Notes under the pieces: generated by a model | The model's input: only the letters and a program-made list of their open reading frames with translations | What the model was told of the DNA's origin: nothing | The model's database searches: none | In this document: piece after piece, positions 18,517 to 26,309 of the stretch | Numbering within the stretch: the first letter of the stretch is position 1 | Layout: every line of letters starts with the position of its first letter | Position numbers and translations under genes: made by a program | Source: Candidatus Saccharimonadota bacterium | Lineage (GTDB): Archaea > Nanohalarchaeota > Nanosalinia > Nanosalinales > Nanosalinaceae | DNA: 32,000 bases | Reading direction: 5' to 3' | Assembly (NCBI GenBank): GCA_001761425.1 | Contig: CP012986.1 | Span: forward strand, 690,001 to 722,000

Positions 18517-19404
18517 ATGATCTTTGAGGCCTGGTTCCTGGCAACAGCTCTAGCAGCCACGATATGGGCAGTTATAAGCATAGCAGCGAAAAAACTTATG
18601 GAGAAAAGCTCAGGCCTCACATACACTTACCTTTACTGCGTTATCGCACTGATCTTTTACACTCCGGCTTTTCTGTACTTTCTCACGACTGAGACAGTAG
18701 CTCTTACACCGATAGTCTTTCTGGCTTTCCTCGTCTCAGGCCTTGCGAATATACTTGCCTTCCTGTCCTACAACAGGTCGATTAAACTTGGAGAACTCTC
18801 CACTGTAATACCTTTCACCAAACTTAACCCTGTATTCACAGGAATCCTGGCAGCAATCTTCCTCGCCGAAACAATGACCGCAGTAAAAGCTGTAGGAATA
18901 ATACTGGTCACACTGGGAAGCTACGTCATCCTGAAAGACGATGAACACGACCTTCTCGACCCGGTAAGAAGATTCAAGGCCTCCGACGCACCAAAACTGG
19001 GAGCGATGTCAGCATTCATCTTCTCGATTGCAGCGATCGCCGACAGATTTGCAACCCAGACAATCTCACCCAAGATCTACACCTACCTCATCTATCTGTT
19101 CATGACAGCAGGCCTCACAGCCTATATCCTGATAAAGGAAAAACACGTATTCACAGAAGCCAGGGAAAAATTCCTGGAGGATAAAAAACTTTACGCCCTG
19201 ACAGGCCTGGGAGCAGCCCTCGCCTCATACCTGATCTTTTTCAGCTTTTCCAGAGCCGAGGCCTCAAAAGTCATACCTGTCCTCCAGATACAGGTATTCA
19301 TCTCCGTTCTTGCAGGAATAACACTGTTTAACGAGGAAAACGTCAAGGAGAAAATAGTCGGCTCCATCATCCTTGTAGCCGGAGTAATCATGACAGCAAT
19401 CTAA
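18517..19404 (+). CDS. EamA-like transporter (DMT superfamily)
   Basis: 295 aa with about 10 TM segments in two similar halves, and an N-terminus typical of EamA (ATIWAVISIAAKK). Its ATG directly abuts the rpl40e TAA (TAAATG). Confidence 0.7.
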   Translation: MIFEAWFLATALAATIWAVISIAAKKLMEKSSGLTYTYLYCVIALIFYTPAFLYFLTTETVALTPIVFLAFLVSGLANILAFLSYNRSIKLGELSTVIPFTKLNPVFTGILAAIFLAETMTAVKAVGIILVTLGSYVILKDDEHDLLDPVRRFKASDAPKLGAMSAFIFSIAAIADRFATQTISPKIYTYLIYLFMTAGLTAYILIKEKHVFTEAREKFLEDKKLYALTGLGAALASYLIFFSFSRAEASKVIPVLQIQVFISVLAGITLFNEENVKEKIVGSIILVAGVIMTAI

Positions 19405-19446
19405 ACCATTTAAAGAAATAACCATCCCACAAAGAAAATACACAAC

Positions 19447-19593
19447 GCCCCGTTAGCTCAGCTGGTAGAGCACGTCCTTGGTACGCCTGGTTACGCTCGT
19501 GCGGCACGCAAAGACCGGTTCCACCGGCCCCGCCTAAAGCAGAATCAGTTCACAAACAGGACGAGGTCCCGGGTTCAAATCTCGGACGGGGCT
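19447..19593 (+). tRNA. tRNA-Thr(GGU) interrupted by a 74-nt intron at the canonical 37/38 position
   Basis: Folded by hand. Acceptor GCCCCGT/ACGGGGC with discriminator T; D-arm GCTC-AGCTGGTA-GAGC; anticodon stem CGTCC/GGACG with loop TT-GGT-A|intron|A; variable AGGTC; T-arm CCGGG-TTCAAAT-CTCGG. No encoded CCA. Confidence 0.88.
19484..19557 (+). other. tRNA-Thr intron (74 nt, GC-rich, internal hairpin CCGG-TTCCA-CCGG)
   Basis: Boundaries are inferred from the cloverleaf. The central BHB helix can only be drawn with 3 of 4 pairs (T32-A, T33-A, G34-C, G35.A). Confidence 0.6.
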
Positions 19594-19676
19594 CTGAATC
19601 TTTTCCATTTTATGAGCTTTTGAGGCCTTGATGGTGCGAATGCTTATGTGAGAATGAGTTTGTATCTGGATTTTAT

Positions 19677-20618
19677 TCAGAGTTGGTTGAGTAGGGATTC
19701 TATTCTATTTGTTATTCTTTTTTCAGTGTCTTCTTTGTCACTGAAGATTACCAGTAGTCTGGTCATCTGAAGTAGTTCGTATAGTTTTTCCGTGATTTCG
19801 TCATAATTGATGTTTCTGCTTTCTCTGTAGCCTTTTCTGAAAGCTTTCTGATATTTTTCGTCTTCATTGAGCCAGAAAATTCTGATCTCGCTGATTACTA
19901 AATCCAAGAAGGGATCGCCAGCAGCTGCTGTCTCCCAGTCCAGGACAGCAATATCATTTTCCTGGAAGAGAGTATTCCTCAAGTCAAATTCCATGTGGAG
20001 CAGAGTTGAGTCCTTTCTTTCATCCAGTAAATCTGAATATTTATCGAAGCTTTTCTCTGCCTTAACCGCAGTTTCATCGTAGCCGTTTTCTCTTAGTCTT
20101 TTCATCCACCATTCCTGAAGACTCTTCACTCCTTCAGACCAGGTATTATCAGAGATACTAATACCGTTCTCAGGTTGTATCAAACCAGAACGATTGAATG
20201 AATGCGAGTTGTGTACGCCTCCAAGTGTTTTACCCATTCTACGGGAAAGAGTAATCTTTTCCTGTTCCTCCAGATTATGAAAGTTTCTTCCGCCAGAGTA
20301 TCTGTTCAGATTTTCTCCATCCAGGTATTCCATTATACGGAAATATCTTCCTTCTATCTCACCTTCACTAATTATTTCTGGAGTATGAACATCAGATTCC
20401 TCTAAAAGCTTGAGTATCTCTGTTTCCCTATACATCTCTTCCTGCCATCCCGAAGTCCAGTCCTCATTCTTCTCCAGCTTAACAACATACTTCTCATCTA
20501 TGATAAACGTGTGATTTGCATCCCCTACCGATGAAGAAACTAAATCTATATCGTTCTCATTTAGTCTCTGCTCCACCAGTTCCTGAACCAAGTTCGCTAC
20601 CTCACCTGAATCGGACAT
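19677..20618 (-). CDS. APH/choline-kinase-type phosphotransferase paralogue (catalytic loop HxE instead of HxD)
   Basis: LLHMEFDLRNTLF aligns to HxDxxxxN with Glu at the Asp position. VLDWETAAAGDPFLDL is the DWE/DFG-equivalent motif. The N-lobe has VVKLEK (Lys). Confidence 0.7.
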   Translation of the reverse strand: MSDSGEVANLVQELVEQRLNENDIDLVSSSVGDANHTFIIDEKYVVKLEKNEDWTSGWQEEMYRETEILKLLEESDVHTPEIISEGEIEGRYFRIMEYLDGENLNRYSGGRNFHNLEEQEKITLSRRMGKTLGGVHNSHSFNRSGLIQPENGISISDNTWSEGVKSLQEWWMKRLRENGYDETAVKAEKSFDKYSDLLDERKDSTLLHMEFDLRNTLFQENDIAVLDWETAAAGDPFLDLVISEIRIFWLNEDEKYQKAFRKGYRESRNINYDEITEKLYELLQMTRLLVIFSDKEDTEKRITNRIESLLNQL

Positions 20619-20689
20619 ACCGATAAATTATCAAGAGTAAATTAAAGGAACCTGTGAAATCCAACTCTAAATCAGTCAAAAAATCTTAT

Positions 20690-21409
20690 TCACTCCGGAT
20701 TTTTTCTGGTGTGGTTGGAATACGTTCCATATAGAGCGATCCACCCGGCGAGAAGAAGTAAACCTATCTGTAGAACCACTATCATCGAACCATCAAACAA
20801 ATCCAGCAGCTGAATAAGAGGGAAAACCGTCAGACTGTACATAAATGGTGCAAATGTCTTCCTGAAACCTTTGTTTCCTGTCAAAAATGCTGCTCCATGA
20901 GTCACTGTAGCTAAAGCAAAGATTGACGCCGAAATTCCGAGAGCAACTGAAATAAGATGTGCTATTAAACCTTCAAAAATTAGGAATTCTGCTCCTGCGA
21001 CCAGTAACACTGATTTCGAACCATACACAAAATCATAGTAAGAAATAGCCTGGGTCAGCAAAACACTTGACACACCTATCATCAGCCAGTTTTCAACTTT
21101 TCTTCTCTGGTCACCGTAAAACAGATACGGTTCTTTGACAAGCAGTTTTACGTTTTCAACTAAACCACCAGATTTCAACCTGTAAAGATACACCATACTT
21201 ACCGTAAACACTAAAATTCCGCCATAGAAAAGTAGTTCTCCCGTAATACAGACCGCATCGCTAGGCCCTGCAGCAATCATTCCTCCCGGAACCTCCCTTG
21301 CCACAGGATTTCTACACCTTAATCTTACTCCATGACCTAAACCTGTAAGAAAAATAGAAACCAGTACCGAAAATTTGGTGAAGGTCTGTCTCGAGATCAT
21401 ACCGGCCAC
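20690..21409 (-). CDS. polytopic membrane protein, unknown function
   Basis: 239 aa with about 6-7 TM segments, not acidic. Start is GTG at 21409 or ATG at 21400. TTTATAAAT lies about 30 nt upstream. Confidence 0.55.
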   Translation of the reverse strand: MAGMISRQTFTKFSVLVSIFLTGLGHGVRLRCRNPVAREVPGGMIAAGPSDAVCITGELLFYGGILVFTVSMVYLYRLKSGGLVENVKLLVKEPYLFYGDQRRKVENWLMIGVSSVLLTQAISYYDFVYGSKSVLLVAGAEFLIFEGLIAHLISVALGISASIFALATVTHGAAFLTGNKGFRKTFAPFMYSLTVFPLIQLLDLFDGSMIVVLQIGLLLLAGWIALYGTYSNHTRKNPE

Positions 21410-21531
21410 AGAAATAGATAGCTACCTCTGATTTATAAATTAAGCGCCAAGTAAGGCATCTACAATAATCAACTGATCCAGTAAGATTCTCTATCCGAAT
21501 TTTTTACAGAATCTATCGCATTAAACCCGAA

Positions 21532-21548
21532 AGGCCTTATAACGGAAA
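21532..21548. repeat. 17-bp inverted repeat, left copy (AGGCCTTATAACGGAAA)
   Basis: Exact reverse complement of 22819-22835. Contains a TTATAA TATA-like core plus one AGGCCT. Confidence 0.7.
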
Positions 21549-21591
21549 GTTTTTTGTAGAACGAGGCCTTGAATGGCGGTTTTCTCCAGGC

Positions 21592-22093
21592 TTAGTAGAT
21601 CGTGATGCTGAGGTCTTCTATGTTTTGGCCTGTTATGTCGCATTCTGCGGTAGTTTCTCCGTTTCTGTCCTGGACTATGTAGTGGATCTGTGTTAGTTCG
21701 TACTTGTTCAGTGTGGTGGCTATTTCGTCTTTTTCCATAGTCGTGTTGTTGTCGAGGATGTTGCCGTTTCCGTCGTAGACGTTGACTGTTTCAAGGCCTA
21801 GTGCTTCTGTGTTCGATTCTGCCTCCATTATCTGCTGGAGGTTGGTACAGACTGCTTTGAGTATTACTTTTCTGTCCTCGGTATTTGAGAAAAACTCTCT
21901 AGAGTTCTCAGGGGAAGATGTCTGAACACTGTATTCACCGGAGGCTGTCTACTGTGAAGACTGTGTTCTGATCGATGTCCTCTATCTTCAAAACTTCTGC
22001 ATCGTATGTAGAGGTGACGTCCTGTGAATCTCCTCCTGTACAGCCTGATGCAACTAAAGTCAGGGCGATGACAGTAAAGAAACTTTTTCTCAT
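21592..22093 (-). pseudogene. lipoprotein gene split by a +1 frameshift (or an assembly indel)
   Basis: ATG at 22093 gives MRKSFFTVIALTLVASGCTGG... (lipobox LVASGC) and stops at TGA 21935-21937 after 52 codons. The +1 frame is open from 21948 and runs straight into the 78-aa track ORF (21592-21828). The permitted shift window is only 21938-21948. Confidence 0.5.
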
Positions 22094-22180
22094 CCTGTAA
22101 AAAATTGATGTGTTCGATAGTTTTTAACATTTGGCAGTAGAGCTGTCGACTTCTCCAGCATCAGAGAGTTTAAGAAAAGT

Positions 22181-22675
22181 TCAGTGCTGTCCTGTCACAA
22201 GTTCTTCCATGTGTTCGTGAGTGTTCTGAAGTCTTGACTGTTCTCCGTTAAGCGTTCTTATAAGTTCTTCTATGGCTCCTTCCTTGTCCAGATCCTTGTT
22301 GGTCAGTCTTTCCTCCTCTGAGATCATCCTACTCATTTCCTCAAGTTCTGTCCTGATCTCGTGGATGACCTCCATAAACCTTTCCTCATCTTTCACGTAT
22401 TTTTTCTTGAAGGCCTTTCTGTTTATCTCTCCGCCTTCGTAGGCCTCCATGATTTTGTACATGTGCCGGTCTATCTTCTGGATCATCCTGACCTCCTGGT
22501 ACAGATCTTTCATGTCCTGGATGAACTCCCTGTCTTTCTCCATCTCCTCCAAATGCTCTTCATGAAGGTCCTCGACTTCGTGGATCGCATCGCCGAGTTC
22601 TTCAAGTTCCAGCTCTGTTTCCTCATCTATTTTCTCAAGATCGTTGACAGCCTGATGAAGGCGTTTCGAGTTCAT
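22181..22675 (-). CDS. acidic coiled-coil hypothetical protein
   Basis: 164 aa with ATG start, heptad-like and E/K/D-rich. Confidence 0.5.
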   Translation of the reverse strand: MNSKRLHQAVNDLEKIDEETELELEELGDAIHEVEDLHEEHLEEMEKDREFIQDMKDLYQEVRMIQKIDRHMYKIMEAYEGGEINRKAFKKKYVKDEERFMEVIHEIRTELEEMSRMISEEERLTNKDLDKEGAIEELIRTLNGEQSRLQNTHEHMEELVTGQH

Positions 22676-22818
22676 GGTACAGAAATAAGCGTTCTCCGTG
22701 TTTAAAACATGTCCAGAAAAACTCTGTCTACCTTTTCCAGACGGAGAAGGTTACGGCGATATCATCTTTTTTCTGGCTCAGTTTTGTTATAGTATGTCGA
22801 TACTGTTCGGACAACTAT

Positions 22819-22835
22819 TTTCCGTTATAAGGCCT
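22819..22835. promoter_or_regulatory. 17-bp inverted repeat, right copy (TTTCCGTTATAAGGCCT); candidate BRE/TATA element for the 22872 gene
   Basis: The TTATAA core at 22825-22830 lies about 45 nt upstream of the ATG at 22872. The related TTTCCGTTAT also lies about 40-45 nt upstream of the 16301 ATG (around 16254-16263). Confidence 0.35.
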
Positions 22836-22871
22836 GAATAAAATGGTTTTTGGCCATTCTAGTTTTTAGTT

Positions 22872-23153
22872 ATGACAGTAGATTACGACAAGTTAGTTAA
22901 TCTGGATTATACCGCATACGATCATTCCATGGATTTCAGGGAAGGACTTGAGAGAAACGGTATCAGGAACCCGGAAATATCTGTTGAAAAAAGCTATGAA
23001 GACGGTGTTCCTACCGTGGATGTGGAAGCTACTGACTCTTTTCTCGGAACTTCCTACAGCGAGAGTTACAGACTTGAAGGAGTTACTGAGGAAGAGTTCG
23101 AGGAGGTAATGTACGATGTCTGGGACTCTGCTTTCCAGGAACTGGAAATCTAA
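22872..23153 (+). CDS. small acidic hypothetical protein
   Basis: 93 aa with ATG start. It overlaps the convergent gene's end by 4 nt. Confidence 0.45.
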   Translation: MTVDYDKLVNLDYTAYDHSMDFREGLERNGIRNPEISVEKSYEDGVPTVDVEATDSFLGTSYSESYRLEGVTEEEFEEVMYDVWDSAFQELEI

Positions 23154-23449
23154 TCTAGTTCCTCTACAAAGCCCAGCAACTCCCTTATTTCTTCATTTGA
23201 TTCATAGGTGATGACCTCCGAGCTTTCATCATAGTCCACGACGCCGTTTACCTCCATCTTCGGCAGGTGAACATGACTCATCTCCAGCCGGAGCCGTTCC
23301 CTGTAATCCTCCATTTCCTCACCGCCTTCCCTGAGCGCATCAATCACTTCACTGTAGGTGAAAGAATCAGAATCAGATTTTTCCAGAGCATACAGCATAT
23401 CCCTCCTCTTCTCATCGGCCAAAAGCCGCAAAGTATCATCCAGGCTCAT
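23150..23449 (-). CDS. winged-helix (ArsR-like, haloarchaeal DUF7344-type) transcription regulator
   Basis: MSLDDTLRLLADEKRRDMLYAL...FTYSEVIDAL...EMSHVHLPKMEVNGVVDYDE matches the LL.d.rRR.vL..L / HvHLPKL...gvv.yD pattern recalled from halobacterial regulators. The track start at 23482 is TTG; the ATG at 23449 is preferred, with TATAAA about 25 nt upstream. Confidence 0.6.
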   Translation of the reverse strand: MSLDDTLRLLADEKRRDMLYALEKSDSDSFTYSEVIDALREGGEEMEDYRERLRLEMSHVHLPKMEVNGVVDYDESSEVITYESNEEIRELLGFVEELD

Positions 23450-23623
23450 AAAAACAATTTCTCCTGAAAACTGTTTATACAAAACTTCAGTCCAACAAAT
23501 CCACAGAGACAGTTCTAACCGGTTACATAATTTCCTCTGAAAATCTTAACTACGGTGGGAGAACAGGTCAAGGGCCTCCTCGGTTTTTCCAGGCCTTCTT
23601 TTCAAGTACAGAAGCTGTTTCAT

Positions 23624-23650
23624 TGGGAAATATGTTTCCCAGTGGGAAAA
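23624..23650. promoter_or_regulatory. candidate operator: TGGGAAA-tatg-TTTCCCA palindrome followed by a third TGGGAAA half-site
   Basis: Seen in the divergent spacer between the wHTH gene (23449, -) and the DUF1059-like gene (23703, +). It has 7-bp arms with a 4-nt centre, and a direct repeat of the half-site at 23643-23649. Confidence 0.3.
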
Positions 23651-23702
23651 TCGTTAATGGTTTATGAGGCCTAATTATTGGTTAGTAGGTGAGAATGGAA
23701 CG

Positions 23703-23861
23703 ATGCCAAAGTTTGTCTGCCCGGAATGCCAGATGGAGATCTCAGGAGATGAGGAAAACCAGTTGATAGGAGAGGCAGTAAAACACATGGAGGCCCAGCA
23801 CGAAAAGGAAAATTTCTCCGCCCAGTACGCCAAGGGCAATATTAGAGCACAGTCACAGTAA
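23703..23861 (+). CDS. DUF1059-like small metal-binding protein
   Basis: MPKFVCPECQMEISGDEENQLIGEAVKHMEAQH resembles the DUF1059 pattern (M.kF.C...G..C.f...g.teeE......HA...H). The track ORF starts at 23664, but the internal ATG at 23703 fits the family better. Confidence 0.5.
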   Translation: MPKFVCPECQMEISGDEENQLIGEAVKHMEAQHEKENFSAQYAKGNIRAQSQ

Positions 23862-23963
23862 AAACTAGCTTTCCAAGGCCTTTCTTATATTGACCCCTGG
23901 GATGAGGGTAACCTGTCGGTCAGTACCGGTGATTTAAGGTTTTATCCGGTAAAAAACTTTTTT

Positions 23964-24515
23964 ATGAAGGTTCTAAATATAGTTGGAACAGCCCGTGAAG
24001 GAAGAAAATCTGTACACGCTGCCCGTCAAGTAGATGAGGCCTTTGAGGAGAAAGGCCATGAGACAGAGGTCTTTGACCTGGCAGAAGAAGAGTTCCTTCC
24101 GCTCGGCAACCGGACATATGTTGAAGATGAGGAACCTGTTCCGGAGAGCGCTCAGAAACTTTCCAGGAAAGTGAGGGAATCCGATTTCATCGTGATCACG
24201 ACGCCAGAGTACAACCACAGTTTCCCGGGCATCCTGAAGACAGCACTTGATTACCTGTATACAGAGTACGAGGACAAGCCTTTCGGATTCGTAACAGTCT
24301 CTGCAGGAGGCTTCGGAGGAGTAAGAAGCCTGAGCCACCTCCACGACATCGTGCTCGAATTCGAAGGTTTCATAGGCCCTGATCTCCAGGTATCAAGAGT
24401 CGGAGACGTCTTCAACGAAGAAGGAGAACTCGTAGACGAGGCCTACAGCGACAGATTCCAGAGCTTTGTCGAACAGTCAGAAGAATTCAGAGAGAAACTG
24501 GAAAACGGCATATGA
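23964..24515 (+). CDS. NAD(P)H-dependent FMN reductase family oxidoreductase
   Basis: MKVLNIVGTAREGRKS..., DFIVITTPEYNHSFPGILKTALDYL and FGFVTVSAGGFGGVRS are classic FMN_red motifs. Confidence 0.85.
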   Translation: MKVLNIVGTAREGRKSVHAARQVDEAFEEKGHETEVFDLAEEEFLPLGNRTYVEDEEPVPESAQKLSRKVRESDFIVITTPEYNHSFPGILKTALDYLYTEYEDKPFGFVTVSAGGFGGVRSLSHLHDIVLEFEGFIGPDLQVSRVGDVFNEEGELVDEAYSDRFQSFVEQSEEFREKLENGI

Positions 24516-24583
24516 AGCCCAGTTTTTTCCTTCAAAATTTTTTCAGTTGAATCTTTTCGATAAGTATTTGTCGGATATTCCTG

Positions 24584-25045
24584 TTGATTGAAAAAGTTCT
24601 GAACCGCAGTTGGTCGGTGAACTTATACGGATGGGCCACGAATTCAGTGGTTGTGAGCACTTCGAAATCTTTGAGACATGATATCGCCCGTGCGAAAGAT
24701 CTCTATGAACGGGAGTTCAAGGCCTTGACCAGAAACTTCTACATTATGAGGTCTGCTCTCCGCTATTTCTCTGTTAAACAGGGGCTCTCATTCACTTCTT
24801 CAAAAGTGGCGGATAACTTTCCTGTCACTGTCTCTACCGCAGGCTCCTGCCTCAAAGTCATGGATGAGATCGGTGCCGTAGAATCCAGGAACTCCAGCAG
24901 AAAAAGGTTCATGCCCCAGAAATGCGACCTCGAAAAAATGGAGGAAGCGGGAGAGATCCTGAGAGCAAACTACGAAATAAGAGATTTCAGGCCTGAAGCT
25001 GATAAAAATCCGGAAAAAGTCAGACAGACAGAGAAGGAAAAATGA
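24584..25045 (+). CDS. hypothetical protein, possible winged-helix DNA-binding fold
   Basis: 153 aa with a TTG start in the track (start uncertain). FTSSKVADNFPVTVSTAGSCLKVMDEIGAVE looks HTH-like. It lies 10 nt upstream of the next gene. Confidence 0.4.
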   Translation: MIEKVLNRSWSVNLYGWATNSVVVSTSKSLRHDIARAKDLYEREFKALTRNFYIMRSALRYFSVKQGLSFTSSKVADNFPVTVSTAGSCLKVMDEIGAVESRNSSRKRFMPQKCDLEKMEEAGEILRANYEIRDFRPEADKNPEKVRQTEKEK

Positions 25046-25055
25046 GGCCTAGAAA

Positions 25056-26309
25056 ATGGGACTGAAAGACCTGCTTTCAAAGTATTTCCCGAAGAGAAAA
25101 GGGACTAGAAAAACCAGCTGGAGGGACGCAGAACAGTTCTTCAGAGATGAAAAAAGCAGGGAACTGGAGGAAGCCAGGGATAAGAAAAAAGAACACATCC
25201 AGAGAACAGGAGAGCTTGTTGAACAGCTTGGAGAAGCTCTCGAGGCCTTCCAGGACTATGACGACAGCAAAGACCTTCAGGTAGTCGAGGATGTAGCCCA
25301 GAACTTCTACAGATCCAGGAAAAGACTTGTGAAAAACTTCGAGGCCTCACAGAATATGGAGGAACACGTTGAAGAAATAAGGGAGTTTCTGGACGAGTTC
25401 AACGATGTCTCTAGAAAGGAAGGCGAAGTGATGAAATACGTCAAGGATGATTCAAAGGAGCTTTCTACAGCACTGGAGAACATCATCGGACACAGGGAGA
25501 GACTTGAGGCCTTTTCCGAGGGAGAATACATGGTTGTAAAACAGCTTGGTACTGTGGAAGAATTTGTCGAAGAGATACAGAGACTGGAGGAAGAGCTTGA
25601 AAACGCACAGAAAGAGCTTGAAGGCAAAGATACACGTGATATAGCAGAGGATATAGAAGATATAGAGGAGAAACTTGACGAGATAGAGAGATCCGAGGAC
25701 TGGAAACACAAAAAATCCCTGGAAAGGGAGAAAAAAGAACTGGAAAAGAAAAAAACGAGAAAAGAAAAAGAGATCAAATCAAAGATCTCGGAAATGCACA
25801 GAGGCCTGACAAAAATACTTTACAGCATAGAAAATGAAGGCCTCGAGTTCAAAAACCGTAAAAAAGTGCTTGAAAGGCTTGAAAGCCGTCAGATAGATTC
25901 TCTGGATGATCCATTACCTGAGGCAAAAGAAGCTTTAGAAAAACTAGAGGAAGAAGAAATCCTTGAAGGCAGAGACCTCCAGAAATTCCGTGAAGGCGTC
26001 AAAGGCCTTGAAAATTTTGAAGAGCTGAAAGATGAAGTCACAGAGTTTGAAAATCAGATAGAAGATGTCGAGGACGGTCTTGAAGGCCTTGAGATCGGGG
26101 AGAAAAAAGATGAACTTAGACAGAGAAAGAAGAGGCTTGAAGACGACCTTGAGGAGAAGAAAGATGAGGTAAGAAGTCTTGAGGAGACCCGGAACGAGAA
26201 AGAGCTTGAATTTGACCGTAGGATCAGAGAGCTTCAGCACTTCCTGAACTCTGTGATGAGGGGGACAGTAATTGTAGAAGAAGCCGGTGAAAAAGGTGAG
26301 GAAAAATGA
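25056..26309 (+). CDS. long E/K-rich coiled-coil protein
   Basis: 417 aa with ATG start and near-continuous heptad-like charged repeats. No enzymatic motif. Confidence 0.6.
   Translation: MGLKDLLSKYFPKRKGTRKTSWRDAEQFFRDEKSRELEEARDKKKEHIQRTGELVEQLGEALEAFQDYDDSKDLQVVEDVAQNFYRSRKRLVKNFEASQNMEEHVEEIREFLDEFNDVSRKEGEVMKYVKDDSKELSTALENIIGHRERLEAFSEGEYMVVKQLGTVEEFVEEIQRLEEELENAQKELEGKDTRDIAEDIEDIEEKLDEIERSEDWKHKKSLEREKKELEKKKTRKEKEIKSKISEMHRGLTKILYSIENEGLEFKNRKKVLERLESRQIDSLDDPLPEAKEALEKLEEEEILEGRDLQKFREGVKGLENFEELKDEVTEFENQIEDVEDGLEGLEIGEKKDELRQRKKRLEDDLEEKKDEVRSLEETRNEKELEFDRRIRELQHFLNSVMRGTVIVEEAGEKGEEK

Noticed and set aside
19484-19557. Possibility that the long tRNA intron encodes a C/D-box guide RNA
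   Set aside because: No RUGAUGA (C box) or suitably placed CUGA (D box) occurs within the intron on inspection.
21864-22130. 88-aa track ORF upstream of the 78-aa ORF
   Set aside because: It is out of frame with a much more convincing signal-peptide and lipobox reading frame that starts at 22093. Its sequence is Arg/His-rich and unlike the neighbouring proteins.
25307-25777. 156-aa Ser/Phe-rich ORF on the minus strand (also 25452-25709 and 25944-26240)
   Set aside because: These are antisense shadow ORFs of the GAA/AAG-rich coiled-coil gene. They are low complexity and have no independent start context.
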